NCBI RefSeq assembly: GCF_018977255.1
Contig: NW_024704742.1
Coordinates: 112,532,001 to 112,596,000 of the forward strand
DNA: 64,000 nucleotides
Direction: 5' to 3'
Source of the DNA: Callorhinchus milii
Lineage: Eukaryota
Shown: one piece after another, positions 24,619-38,717 of the stretch
How the letters are laid out: each line of letters opens with the position of its first letter
Numbering within the stretch: position 1 is the first letter of the stretch
Made by a program: the position numbers and the translations under genes
The notes under the pieces: model-generated
Database searches by the model: none
What the model was told of the DNA's origin: nothing
Seen by the model: the letters and a program-made list of their open reading frames with translations, nothing else

Positions 24619-25599
24619 CTGCAAAAGCAAAGGAAATCATTCTTTCCGGGCAAAAGCACCCCTATTGTTTCTCATGCCCTGCTTTGGCAGAGTGGCGAGT
24701 TGGCCCTACCAGATCAGATCATTGTGTGTGCCTCTGAGAAGGAACAAAAATCCCAGTTTGTTCATCAAATAGAACCTGGTGGAAAAAATAAATTTTTAAG
24801 GGAAATGAAAAGCACTGGACATGGATGTAAAGCTAACAGAGTTTCTTAACATCACAGAGACATCCACCTATCCTAAATTTGATGGAAAACCCAATTCATG
24901 ATTTTTGAACAAGATCACATATGTGTACCAACTCCAAACACTTTCTGCCATTAATCATGATTTAGGAACTATTATACTGTGCAACATACTTACTCAGATT
25001 TTCTTGTCTAACTGTTTGAATAAACTTGACTTCACACAACTTAATGAGACGGTAGAAGTACAAATACTGTAGAATTCATATTGGTTACACAGGATGATGT
25101 GACTACAAATGGGATGTAAATAAAGTAAAATGTAGGGTAGATTGTTTTATTGTGTTTAGAGCAAATTGTATTGGTTATCGTTTTATGTTTTGCTTTGGTC
25201 TCTTACATTTTATTTGATGTATTTGCTGTTTTTATTATTTGAAAAATAAACAGAGACCTGAGAAACTATTTCAGGGATTGCCCATGTTTTCACAATAACA
25301 ACAATTTGCATTTATATAACACTACATTTATATATGTAGGTGAGATGCATGGAATTCTCAGTTTGATTTGGATACTCTTAAGCTTGGTGATAGGTTTCCA
25401 TTTATGTCAGCCCCCCAAAAAAATAACACCTTTCATGCATTGTAACATTCTCAACTTCACTGTGATCTTTAGAACAAAAACAAATTTATAGATTTGGGCA
25501 TCTTTTAGGAAGAGTTTTTTTAAAAAAAAACCTGATGACCACCCTCAGAAACTTTTGTTGATCAGCTAAGTAACTAACACACGGGGAAACCCATCATCA

Positions 25600-25745
25600 T
25601 GCAGAACCAGGTTGCCAATGTGAGTACATTTTGGGGACCTACTGGAGTTTAACTGACGTCTCTCTATCTGTGACCAGGGCTCCCTGAGCCTCCTGGATCT
25701 CTCTGCCACGTTCAACACAGTTGACCACGTCATCCTACTCTGAAA
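25600..25745 (+). mobile_element. Degraded L2 RT fragment
   Basis: ctcctggatctctctgccacgttcaacacagttgaccac encodes LLDLSATFNTVDH (cf. LLDLSAAFDTVDH). Confidence 0.6.
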
Positions 25746-26440
25746 AAAGCAGTCATAAACCCTTTCTGAAATAGTTTGATGGGTGGTGAGGATTGAGAAT
25801 AGTTGGTGTTCCAGAAAAGCAATGTATTTGATATCTTCTGCTTACAGATATTACAGCCAATAGAGCATTTTCCCTCCGGGTCTGCAGATTGAATAACTAA
25901 GCATCGGAACATTGTTTGGAGAGGGAGAGGGTTGAATTGTAGTGACTGACACCAGCAAGAAATAGTAAGTGGGTGGCCAAAGGCTGGGATCGAGCAGAGA
26001 CTGTGTCTTGTATTGTTTGGTCTGGAATTTGACAGTCATGGGTGGGTTATCTCGTGATTAAAGCATTACATTAACCCAGATTTGTCGTTCGTACAACAAT
26101 TAAATGCAGTTCTTGAAACTCCCCACTCATGGAAAAATGAACTCAATAAAAATGCCAAATATTTATTCAGTCAAAAACAACCTTGAAAGGACTGCATTCG
26201 GGAAGATAAAGCTACTATAAAGAAATTTCCATGGAACTCAGATGGAAAAAAATGTTTACAGGCACCTTAAACAGATTCTTATTTTGCTACAATTGTCACT
26301 TATATTGCTTCAAATTCTGGTGTTAATTTTGCCTTTCATATCAGGAGGATGTCTCAAAGCCCTTCACAGGGTTACTGTAAAGTGTAGTGACTGTGTGCTT
26401 TGTGGGTGAACAAGGATATTACTGGATAAGAGACAATTGT

Positions 26441-26610
26441 ATCATAGAACCAAAGAATTATACAGTGCAGAAGGAGGCCATTTAGCCCATCATGTCTGTA
26501 CCGGCTCTTTGAAAAGAGCTATCCAATTCAATCCCACTTCCCCGCTCTCTCCCCATAGCCCTGCAAACGTGTCCTTCTCAAGAGAGGTCAAGCTTGTCCT
26601 CCCCAAGAGA
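26441..26610 (-). mobile_element. CR1 3' end
   Basis: atcatagaaccaaagaattatacagtgcagaaggaggcc matches the 18268 tail. Confidence 0.8.
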
Positions 26611-26619
26611 TATATGTAG

Positions 26620-26930
26620 AGAGATGATGAAAGGCTGGATAATTGATTTTTTTTTCCATCGAAACAAAATCACTGAGAAGGGATGTGATAGAGGTGTTTA
26701 AGGTACTGATGGAGAATAACAGAGTACATATGGAAAAATTATTTTCTCTATTTGTGGAATCTGAGACAAAGAAGTCTAGTCTCAGGATTGTAGGAAAAAA
26801 TAGGGGAGAGATTAGGAATTCTTTATTCAGAGAATTGGTAGGGTTCAGAATTAATTACTACGAGTGGCTGCATTGATGGAATTGCTTGAAAGGGAACTGG
26901 AAAAGCACCCAAGCAGTAAAATATTAAGTG
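26620..26930 (+). mobile_element. Old CR1 3' ORF2 fragment
   Basis: FSIETKSLRRDVIEVFKVL resembles CR1 FSLE.RRLRGDLIEVFK. Confidence 0.6.
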
Positions 26931-28292
26931 ATCACGGAATCACCCAAGATTAGTGGTTTGGATGAAGAAGGCTCTTCAGCTCATCTGATCTCATCACTTC
27001 AGAATATCCAGTTTACCATCACATCACATCCCATCACAGCATCAAGCTGATTTTTAAATTAGTTAATTGTCCTGGCCTGAACCACTCTTCCTGGTAACCT
27101 GTTTCAGTCATTAATTACCCTCTAGATAAAGAAAAACTTCCTTGTATCTTCCTGACCTTGCCTTTTGCAAGTCTAAACCAATGACCTCTTACTTGACTGT
27201 CTTCGTGATTCCTAAAGTATTGTTCTGGGTTTTCAATTCTATTTACAACAACAACAACTTGCATTTATATAGCACTTGTCACATGGAGTGGCGTCTCGGA
27301 GACTTTAATGTTTAAAATGATATGCACTGTGAGGAGCGAGCTGAAAAGTAGGATTCATAAAAAAGGGCCATTCAGAAAAACATCAGATCTGTTGAGCCAA
27401 ATGCCCTTTTCTGTGCAGAAAATTTCTATTTCAACTTTGACCTGTTTCATTTCCCTCACAGCTCTGCTGTAAAACAGCCATTATCTACTTATGGGGATAT
27501 TCAAAATGATCGGAAGCATACATAAAGGTGGGGTAGTAGAATGTGGGTTGGCTCAATATTTTATTCCCAAGCCACTCAACAAAACATAACTGTGATCACA
27601 GTAATTTTCAAAGTTCTTGAGGCTTGGGTTTAACTAACACATGCAGGCTTAGGTCAGTTCAATTAGTGATCAAAAAATCTAAAGGGACCTCCTGCAATCG
27701 GTGACAAATTACAGCTGTTGAAAGAGGAACAAGCTATGATGCTGGTACAAATTTGTTTTTGAGCCTTATCCAACAACACTATGTTACTCCTTGTGCAGCA
27801 GACACATGACTGCTGTCTCTAGCTGGGCCTGTTTCCTCTCTGTTTCCTCTCAATCAGACATTTTAATCTTGTTTATCGTGCCTTGTAATTATGGCTCTAT
27901 TCCCTCATTTCCCAGTCTCAATGCTGTCAATGCAAATGAACATTGAACATATACCAACAAGGAACTAGTTGTTTTTTTCTAGTAAGCAATAAGAGCAGGA
28001 TCATACAAATTTATCATCAAACATTGGGTTAGGATTTGTATCATCCCCTAATGGGATTCCATGATAAGGAATGCTGTTATAATTCCTGTCAAGCCCCAGG
28101 AACTCTCTTCCGGAAGTCGATTGGATTAGAGAAGAATTCCCATGGATCAGCGTGATGCACTTCTCATTGCCTGGAATAAAATTAGAACTGCATGATTAGG
28201 ATTCCTTATTAAAAAATCCGTTCAGAATTATTACAAATTAGACTCTCTATGAGTGACAACTAGTCAATGAGTGAGCTAGTGAAGAGATTACC

Positions 28293-28919
28293 ACAACAAC
28301 AACAAGATTCCATTTATAAAGCGCCTTTCACATCAGGAGGACGTCCCAAGGCGTTGCACAGTTGGGTCATGACCCGAGCAGGGGGGAAATGGTCAGGGTG
28401 AGGGAAGGGAGGGAACAAGGAAGGGGGAAATGGTCAGGGTGAGGGGAGGGAAGGGAGGGAGCGAGGAGGGGGAAGAGAGTCGAGAGGGGAGCTGAAGGCA
28501 CGGTCAAAGAGAAAGGTTTTGAGACCGGCCTTGAAGGAGGAAAGGGAGGAAGCAAGGCGAAGGCACTGGGGGATGGAGTTCCAGAGCCTGGGGGCTGAGA
28601 GGCTGAAGGCCCGACCACCGATGGTAGGGCGGTTGGGGCGGGGGACGTGGAGCAGACCAGAGCCAGAGGAACGGAGGGTACGGGCAGGTAGGTAGGGGGA
28701 TAGTAGGTTGGAGAGGTAGGAGGGAGCAAGGCCGTGAATGGCCTTGTAGGTGAGGATGAGGATCTTGAAATCAATCCTCTGGGGGATGGGGAGCCAGTGG
28801 AGGTGAGCGAGGGTGGGAGTGATGTGGTCGCGAAGCCTGGTGCGGGACAGTACACGAGCTGCAGAGTTCTGAATGACCTGCAGCTTGTGGAGGGAGGTGG
28901 CGGGAAGGCCGGCGAGGAT
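28293..28919 (-). mobile_element. L2 LINE 3' portion (young)
   Basis: Uninterrupted ILAGLPATSLHKLQVIQNSAARVLSRTRLRDHITPTLAHLHWLP...LKTFLFDRAF; two repeat units; tail. Confidence 0.95.
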
Positions 28920-29970
28920 ATCACATATGCTGTATTTTACCATTACTGTTACCATATCAATATTGGAAACAGAAAGCAGGTAGTACTTGCAGTGTGACAA
29001 CCAATCTTCATTAGGAATTTCTCTCCTTCCTCTTGCTTGGTGCCTACATCACTCACCTTGCAAGTGAGAGGACCTGGGTTCGATTCCCGGCAGGGTGAAA
29101 CGTTGGGCGGTGATAATTATCACATCACATACTGCATCGCGCACTGCAATCACATGCATTATTTTTGTTATTATTGATGAATGTCCATAAAGAACTATCT
29201 GCTGGAAAGCGTTGTAAAGTTAATGAGAGGTAACAGCTACTTTATATATAGATGTGACAATTAGGAAGGGATGCCAGATAGGTTCTGATGCAATTCTTAT
29301 TCAACTGACAGATCAATAGCCGAGTTCTAAATCCTCTTGCTATTGGCAATTAATTCCTGAAAGTGTTCTGTTTGGAAGACTATAGAGAACATCATTGAAA
29401 TCAAAGGACATCTGATCTGGCAGGGATGTTACGGGAAAGTTAGATTTTGATAATGAAGTCCTAAAATTATGCATTAAAAACTGTACTATTTACAGTATAT
29501 GTGAAAGAGTCAACAATGTTTGGCAGATTTGGCTTTCTGCTTAAAATTTTAATTGTGGATGAGTGCTGATTTTTGCAATGTTGTTGAAATAGTGAAGTTG
29601 TGAATTCAATATGAATAAGTTCTTATTGATATGAGGCAACAACAAAAACTACTTGCATTGATATAGTGGCCCTCACACAGTAGAAACACAGAGCGCTTGA
29701 AGTAATATTAATAATAATCCTTATGTTTAGTATAATGCCTGTCACATCTGGAGGATATCTCAAATAGCTTCACAGGATATACTGTTAAGAGCAGTGACTG
29801 TGTATTTTGCAGGTAAATGCTGGGTGGCGAGTCATTGCAGATGCATTACATTTGCAACATCACCTCCAGAATTAATTAACATTTCACATATTTACCCATT
29901 TACAGAAGCCTCTAAATACAGTCCAAGGAGATTCAAAATCATAAACAGATCATGTGTGCATTAATCACTT

Positions 29971-30353
29971 GTGGAGTCCTGTAGTCTAGTGGTTAAGAGC
30001 ACTTGCCTTGCAAGCAAGAGGACCTGGGTTTGATTCCCGGGCAGAGCGAAACATTAGGCGAGTTTCCTTATTCCACACACCTCTATTTATCAAACAGCAA
30101 ATAGGAACACGGTTGTTAGTCGATTGGCGGATCGCTTTTCTGGGGGTAATAATCCCTTCAAAAATAAATAAATATAATAATAATTTGGTTACTCAAAACA
30201 CGACTGTTTGCAGGACATTGCTGTGTACAATTGGCTGCTGTGTTTTGCCCACAAAATATACAATCAATTCACTTTCCAGTATATTCTGTGAAGTGCTTTG
30301 AGACATCGCAGACGTGATAAGGTGCAAAATCAAATGCAAGGATTATTATTATT
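29971..30353 (+). mobile_element. SINE family A, long form
   Basis: gtggagtcctgtagtctagtggttaagagc head through caaatgcaaggattattattatt tail. Confidence 0.9.
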
Positions 30354-32354
30354 GGGGGATTTTCTAAATAAAGAACAATTTTCATTGAACAGTTAATAAA
30401 TAGTTGTTTTATCTTTTGAAAGATGGTCCTTGCTTTCTTCAATACTCGCTATTAATAATGTTTCCATTTGTATATTTCACAAATATGATATAATCAAAAT
30501 CTGAATAATGTTTTAGTAGTGTAGCTTTCTAAATTCTAAATATAAGAAACACAGGCCCTAAAATTTCATTGAGTGTTAGCCTTTATCATAAAATTTTAAG
30601 TCGGCACAGAATTGTTAAAATTTCTTAAACTCCATCTTTTTCCAAATTAAGACCAAAATTAAGAATTTTCGCACAATTCTGGAAGCTCAATGCTTTTGAC
30701 AAAATGGTTTTACAGCCTAAGACTAGGTGGATGTTCAAGCACTTTTAGTGGGATTAACGTGCAGATTAGGTCAGCACAATGCAACACGTCACAATTCCGG
30801 TTGCTGGAAAGTGTCCCATTTGAATTCTTTATTAAAGAATCCCATTAGGAAATACTGCATATTGTACTCCACAGTCACACATTTAGCCTATGTGAGCGAC
30901 TTTTTTCATAAAACAACGTAAAGTGAGAAAAACACTGCACAATCTGAAGAAGTGCAGATTTTCTTTTTTTTATATAGTAACCAACACCAATCGTATCTGG
31001 ATGATCTGAAACACTGGAAGGAAAACATACCTTATTTTTAGATATTCAACTGTGCAAACAGCAATGTAACTGAAACATACTATTTTAGCCTAATTTTCCA
31101 GGATGCTGCCATCCGCTGTTTTTCAATGAATAGTTAATGGCTCGTAGAAACCAAAGTGGACAGACATTGACTTCCTTGTCTTAGTTTCCTTTTTGCTCAC
31201 TGAGATAAGGATCATGGTGCACATCCTTTAATTGGTACCTTAAGCAATTAATCTTTTGGGTTAGTAATACACTGTGTCAAATTCCGAGTGGATTCAGCCA
31301 GCGGTACAGTTAGATTTATGCGTTAAAAATCTGTTGTGGGAAGAGGAAACGGAAGTTTTAAAATATTAAATACGCCACAGTGCTTGTTTTGTCAAATTAA
31401 TTGTGCCCACAATCATACTTCGGTGCCACTTTGAACAAACCTGCAATATCCTGATACGGAAATATTTAACAAATCAAGCGTTATAATTTTTTTTTACATC
31501 ATTTGCATGTATAGTATTTAGGGCATGAAGGAATTAATATCTGTTATGCATAAAACACTTGAACTGGAATATAGAGATAGTTGCTATTGTTCAATGTTTG
31601 TTTTGAAGTCAAATGTTATTTCAAGCTCCTGAATTCAATCTTTTTAGGATTTAAAATAATGAAGGAAATTGAGCTAAAATGATACATTTTTCTTATGGAA
31701 ATGTCCTTAGGTGCAAAATGTGTACCATAATTTCTGTAATGTTCAGGAATTGATTCTCAAGAAAAAGTGTTATTCTATGTATATGCATTAGTTTGACAAA
31801 ACTAAATTAGTCAACGTTTAAATCAAATATTACATACATATTTGACTTATCTAGGTTAATTCAACACATTGAAACAAAATGATGTGTTTAGCTAAAGGTC
31901 AAAAGCTCATTAAAAGTCCAGTGAATATCTTTTTCTGGTAACTAAGGAATAATATCTTGTTAATATTTTCTATTGAGAAATCCAGGTTACGCAGGACTTT
32001 TGCTCCAGAGTGTAAAATTGGAGGTAAAGCTCTTTAACTACTTAATTCTTAGCTTACTATAAGGGAGATGTGGACAGACTTCATTCTACTTATTCGCAAA
32101 ATATTTCCTACTGTTTGAGTTTTTCCCTATTTTTTCATCCTCCTGGGGCACTGTAGCAAATAATTGAGTGGTACAATTTAAAGTGTATTTTGAAGGAATG
32201 GTCGATGTAAAGCATTTTGAAACATTTGTTGTAATTTGCAATGCTTGCAAACACTGTTAATTGAGACTGCTGCTTTTTAACTTCCGCAAGGTATATTCAC
32301 AAAATAACTACAGATATTTACAATTCCCAAAATCCGCAAAGGTATGAGCACACA

Positions 32355-32790
32355 AGTGAGGTTAGCGAAACTAGGATTATTCTCCCTAGAGCAGAGAAAA
32401 TTAAAAGGGGATTTAATAGAGGTTTTCAAGATCATGAGAGGATTTGATAGGTTGAACCGGGAAAAACTGCTTCCACTGGTATGTGGGTCAGTAACCTGAG
32501 GACACCGATTTAAGATAGTTGTTAAAAGAAACAGAGGGGAGGTTAGGAAAAACATTTTCATCCAGTGAGTTGTTCCGATCTGGAATGCATTACCTGAAAG
32601 CCGTGGTGGTGGAAGCCGATTCAATAACAACTTTTGAGGGAGAAGTAGATGGGTATTTGGGGAGGACAGAATTGCAGGGCTATGGAGAGAAAGCTGCCAG
32701 TGGGATTGAGTTGGACTGTTCTTTTAGGAGCCGACGCAGACGCTTTGGGCCGAATGGGCTCTTTCTGTGCTGTATTATTCTATGATTTTA
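32355..32790 (+). mobile_element. CR1 3' end
   Basis: LGLFSLEQRKLKGDLIEVFKIMRGFDR, 3' UTR and tattctatgattttatga tail. Confidence 0.9.
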
Positions 32791-35700
32791 TGACAAAGGC
32801 CACAGAGAGAAGTGCTATTGGCCTGTTTTGCTTGTCCTTTTCTTGGTTTTCGGAATTGCAATTAGCCATTTTGCAAATATCACAAATTTGATGTTTTTTT
32901 TTGAAGCAGCAACCAGAAATTGCAATTAGTGCTTCCCGTCCCTTGCGCAAATATAGCAAATTAGATCCCATTGTCACCAAGCCAATTCAAATAAAATAGT
33001 GGGACCAGAGGAAACTCATTCAAATAGAGACCTAGCTCTGAAATTTCTTTGCTATTTCTTGCATAAATTTATCAAATTATTTACATCTGTAATAAGTTCC
33101 AGAAATGTACTTGGCACCATGGGAAACTTGCCATAGGGGTCTGACCTAGAACCATTTGCAACAAAAGAAGTATGCGTGACTTTCGCTCAAATACTATACA
33201 TCTGAATTACTTAATTCCTTGTGGTGAGTTAATGTGTGTAATGGGAGTTCAGAGGACAAAAACGAGACACCAAGACCTCAATTTGACCCTGTTTGTGACT
33301 GAATGTGAGCGTGCAGCAAAGCAGAGTGTACAGTTGTGAGATTCAAAACAAATTATTAGCTTAGCCCCAAGGAAGTTAGAGTCAACGGATGTCGCTGAAG
33401 CCAAGGGAATCAAGGGTCAGTCTAAAGCATGTGATTTGGTTATGCTGGCTACACCAGAGATCCAATTATAAAATCCTAATGTCTCATTCATTACCAAAGT
33501 TTTTGTCTCCTGAGACCTTGAAACAATTGATCATTTCTCTCAAATCTGTTGTCAGGAAAAGGATGTAAGTTGTGTCCTGTGTTTGGTCGGGGTTTGTCTG
33601 AATGTTTGCTCCTGGGTATATGACCTTTTGTCCTGGCCTGTGGCTGGCAATACAAGACACATCAATGTGGAGAGGATGGTACAAAATAAATGATAAAAAG
33701 GAAAGGACACTGCAGGCCTCATTACCTGTGTCTCTTTATTTTCTGTATATTTTCCTTTCTCAGATATTCACTGCTATCACATTAGAGTTGCAGAATGGCC
33801 AGAGAGTTTTGCATCATTACCATCACTATACAGCAACAAGTTGCACTTGTATAGTGTTCTTCACATAGGATGATGTCTAAGGGTACTTGAGGCACTTGAT
33901 AATGTTTCAGGGCACAATGATGGGTTCTGACACCAAGTAAAGAACCAGGGAGAGAGGGAGGAGAGAAGGGGGAATTCAAGAAGGCACATTCTAGAAATTC
34001 AGAAATAATAATATTAATAATCTTTATATTTAATATAATGTCTTTCATGTCAGAAGGACGTCCCAAAGTGCTTTACAGGATTATACTGTAAAGTTCAGTC
34101 AGTGACTGTGCATTTTGTGGGCAAACATGACAGACAATGTGCAAACAGTAATGTCCCATGAACTGCCATGAAGTGAATGACCAATTTTATTTGGGGTATT
34201 GTTAGCCAGGACACCGAGAAAAATTCCCTTCCATGGGAAATTATCCTAATTTGGAAATAGTCCTGTTAACTTTCCCTTCTTCTCTGCTAGTGCAGGATCC
34301 AATGAGGTTTTTTTTAGTCCAAATTACACTAAACGTAGGTCTTTGCAATGACAGTTTAGCACTCTTATGTGTTAGCTTACTTGGGTGTCTATATTCAGTG
34401 AACCTGAAGAAGATTCACAAACAATGTAGAGCATCTTTATATTTATTTTTGGATATTTTTCTTATCTTTATCAGTAAAATTCTCTCATGAGATATGGCAA
34501 TGTGTAACTGGGCATATAAAAAAATCTCAATGTAATCAGAGTGCACAAAAAGGCCCAAAGTGTGAATGTTTACTCCTCAGTAAGAACAAAACTACAGAAC
34601 ACATTCAAATTTGGAACCGAGGCAAATTCAGCACCAAACTAAATTAGCATCTATCATTGAGTCTTATTTGGTTTGTACAACCTTGATTTCTGCACAGATT
34701 GACTTCGCTGACTTTATCAAGAAGTTTTGCTCAAGAAATTGAAATCAAGTAAAGATTTTTTGATACATTTTTGCTGAAGCTATCAGAATATTCTGGTAAC
34801 TTTCCAACATTCACTTGTATCTCACATTAACCTTATAAAATTCATGACTGAACTGTTCATTATAATAACATTAAAACTCATCACTCCACAAGTCTCTGTA
34901 ATCATCAAGGTGATAAATGATGATACGTACTTGGAAATGAGCACTTTATCCATTATTGCACTCAGTTTCAGTCGTGAGGAGTCCTTGGTCAGTTATAGTA
35001 TGGGTTAGACATTATTTGAACTTCTAAACTATTCAATAATTGCTTACCCTTGACACAAACTATTCAGCAAATTTGATGTGAACATGACTTGTGTTGTGTG
35101 GAATTTGTGGAAAACTGAAAGATTTTATTCATTGTACCTTGGCTGAGACAACTCAGAGAAAGTGAAAGAAGTGGAACTAATTGTGGTGACGTGAGTCGTG
35201 TATTCAATTTTTAAAATGTATTTAAAAAATTGAGACTGCAGCTGGCTTCTTAATAACATTAATTCCGTTAAGGGCAGCCAAATGGATCACTCAAACTTTT
35301 CAACTTCATTTTTTAAAGCTTAAAAGTTCATCTGTACTGGGTATGATATAACTGGATTTATACTTGCAATGGTTAAGATTCCATTCCAAAGCCACCTTTC
35401 TGAGTTTTCCTAAAACAGTGCAGTCAAGGTGGGCAGTCTTTGTAGCAGATGTCAGGCACTTGACATGGGTGAGATAAATTCAGGAATGGAGGATGCCTCC
35501 TATGGAGACATAATAGAATTATGTAATTATCCATAAGTTTGATATAGTGCCTTATCACGTTGTCGAGACGCCCTGAAGCACTTCATGCGACATACTGTCA
35601 AATGGTGTGACTATGTATATTTTGTGGGCAAGCCTGCAGACAATTCGCGCACAATGTCCCACATTTAATGTGGAGCATGAGAGCTGCAGAACATCATGCA

Positions 35701-37824
35701 TGTGCGTTCCCCAGTAAAGTACAGGTTGCTGGGTTCCATCGATAATTCTGCTGTCAAGTTCCGCATTGCTGAGCACTCCAGGAAGCTACCTATGTGAAGG
35801 GTGCTATATAAATGCAAGTTGTTGTGAGTTCCAGGCTTGCAATACCCTTTCCCCTTGGCTGGATGCTAAATCTGTTTGCCGTGCTCAGCTGACAAACCAA
35901 CTTGTCAGAGGGCCCCTCGGCATATTAGGCTGTGATTAGTTGTAACTTTTCAGACTTGCTAGACGGTGCTATTGGCAGCGATTGCTGTCCATGGAATATT
36001 TAGACTCAACGGTTTTGTGTGCTACAGCTCAAAAAAAGCACTATTCCTTTTACTCTAACCATTTGTTTCCTGGAATTTTATCTCCAAGACTTTAATCAAA
36101 CCTAACTCTTTGACCATGGCTTTGGTTACCTCCTTCTCCCCTCCTCACCCCGCTGCTTGACACTCCGAGACGTTATTATATTTGAAGTATGTTATATAAA
36201 TGCAGGTTTTAGTTTTGTTATAGTAAGTCTTGTTTGATGTCAAGATAATACAGAATCAGTTTTAAAAGTGCAATATAGTCTGTAGAGTTAAAGGGAATTT
36301 TTGCTTGCACTTAAAGCTGAGGGTAATTGCCAATGTTTCATGGCTGCAAGGATGTGGACTTTCATACAGATGCTACTACACATTAAGAGGACAGGCCTGT
36401 GAGTCGAGAGGGAGAGGAAGCAGCTCATCTCATCTAACTGCTGGTGCAACTAATTCCAATTGATCAGCTTGAAGAGCATTTACTGTCTTCTATAAGCAAA
36501 CAAAGTACCTTGGTAAAGTGAGTTTGTTTGGAGACTATGCCTTTCATGAAGCTACTATTGGCTGCTTCTTGTGATTTGGCTGAGAATACCCGTCAAGTCT
36601 CACTAAACAGCTCGGAAACTGATAAGCTGGAAGCAGCATCTGGCTCCAGTCAACCAACTAGTAGCTTTGAAGCTCTGGAACATGTAACATCCCTGACAGC
36701 GATTTCAGAAGCCTCTAATTCTCCCTCAGTTAACTCCTGTCATTGAACCAATTCTTTGGGTTATCTCAGGATCTCTTCACTCTTATTACTCAATTTCTCA
36801 CAGGAAGAATGTTTATGGTTTGATGGATCACTGCAGCATCTAATAGTAATGTTGGTTACAATAAGCTCCTTGTAAAGAGCTTTGTTGACAAGACTGAGGT
36901 TCTACTGCTTGATACCCATCAAAGCCTTCTCACCTTAGGAGCTTACAGCATCGATCTGCATGGTACTTACTCCACCTCACAAAACCAGTGCGGAACCTCG
37001 GTATTTTGTTCAACCCCCAACTATCCTTCAAATCTTACATCTGTCTCTCGCAAGCTCTGCTTTCTCTTGCCTGCTTCATTGCATCCAAAGGATGGCATCC
37101 CGGTTTAATATCACACCCTACTGCACCAGAATGTCAACATAGTCTATGAGTTGAAGTCCTGATGTGGGGGTTTCTGAGCCTAAGGAAAGAATGAAACCAA
37201 CTACTGCAATAATCCCCCACAAACATTTCTTTTAAAAAAGGTTATATTTAGTTAAATAATAACTCGATTTTGATAGGCTTATGCACATTTTATGTTATCA
37301 TAAGTACAATGATTACTCATTATGGAAATACAGCAGATATTTGAATTTGAAATCATTTTGTGTTTATTTTCTCATTTCAATCTCAACCTAAGATTACATT
37401 AACATAAGCAACATATTCCCACCTTTAGTGAACATTTCACTAACTGGTTAGTCCATGATCTTTCTGATCCATCAGATTTGCTTCTCAGAATACTCTTATC
37501 TTTTTCCCTCATGTACTCAGGTTCTTTGCCATGAGGCACATTTACAAAAATATACCAATTGTTCTGTTTCAAGAAGAATTTTAACCACAAAAACTTGAGG
37601 GAAGGAGGTGACTGTAAACACAGTCGAAGAACAAAGACATTTCTATAATTCTGCTGCACACTTTATCAGAGATACGTTGCAGTCCAGCTCTGGATTAGTT
37701 GATCAATTAGAAAAGGCCTTTATAACATGCCAGGATGCTCCTGACCAGAAAGAACATTATGAACCATTGCATCATTCCTCTGGAGTGTTTTGTGATCTGA
37801 ATCATCAAGGAAAAATGAAAGAAA

Positions 37825-38280
37825 GAACGTTTTTATAGCACCTTGTCACATCAAAATGGTTCAAAGCACTTCAAAGGTAATTTAAGTTAAGTGTAGTGAC
37901 TGCATTTGTAGACAAATGCTGCAACCATTTGCATCAACAGGTTCGCCAATAGGGGCAAATGATCAATTATTCACAAACAGATAGAACTTCTATTAAAGAA
38001 TACAGCTATTATTTGTGCGATACACAGGCAAATGAACACAGGGCAATTACTTGCTGTTCTGCACATGAAGAGAAACTACCTTCTCTTGTTGAACAGTGTA
38101 ATGTCACCTTTACCATCCAATTTGAATAGACAGGCAGAACCTCTGTAAGACGGCACATCTAAGAATGTAATAGTACTGCACTGGATTGTCAGCCTAGACA
38201 TTGAGCTCAAGGTCTGATGGGAGGCTTGAACTCATAACTTTCTGATCCCAAAATAAGAGTGCTAAAAACCCAGTCAAGAT
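37825..38280 (-). mobile_element. Degraded SINE family B carrying a 61-bp foreign insert
   Basis: Tail ttttatagcacc...caaagcacttc and head actgcactggattgtcagcctaga...ttgaactcataactttctga. Confidence 0.6.
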
Positions 38281-38717
38281 GACAGGCAATATCCACTAAA
38301 CACCTCAAATAAAAAAAAACACATAATGCAGACTCTAATAAAGATGAAAGCTAAATTGTATCAAACATATTTATGAGCCCCATCCCCTCAGTTATCTCAA
38401 GTGTGGTAACATTTTGTGCCAATGCAGAGTTAACTGGGTTCCATGACTCATGAGAACAGCCTGAGAAGACAGAACAAATATTGGTGACTGATCTCCCACC
38501 CACACCCCCTGGGTGGGGAGGAATAGAAGCACTTTCTGTTCTTGAGGACCTTATTGTGTGCTCACAGGTGGTCTGAGACATATGTGCACAATGTGATGGC
38601 CCAAGACATTTGGAAAAACTACAGGTCATTAATGACTTGATACTCCTGCTGTGTGGTATTCACAAACAGATAGAACTTCTATTAAAGAATACGGCTATTA
38701 TTTGTGCCACACACAGG
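37968..38717 (+). repeat. 61-bp dispersed direct repeat (37968-38028 and 38657-38717)
   Basis: tattcacaaacagatagaacttctattaaagaatac(a/g)gctattatttgtgc...acacagg, 3 mismatches, offset 689 bp. Confidence 0.95.

Noticed and set aside
28434..29000. 188-aa ORF
   Set aside because: L2 ORF2 C-terminus of a truncated copy, not a host gene.
35048..35114. Possible minus-strand exon with AGG|GTAAGC donor
   Set aside because: The acceptor lacks a polypyrimidine tract.
36528..36746. Ser-rich 72-aa ORF
   Set aside because: No convincing splice sites or recognisable homology; the antisense frame has stops.
37521..37838. Plus-strand acceptor followed by 76-aa ORF
   Set aside because: All three frames stop within about 80 nt of the acceptor, and the ORF ends in a SINE tail.
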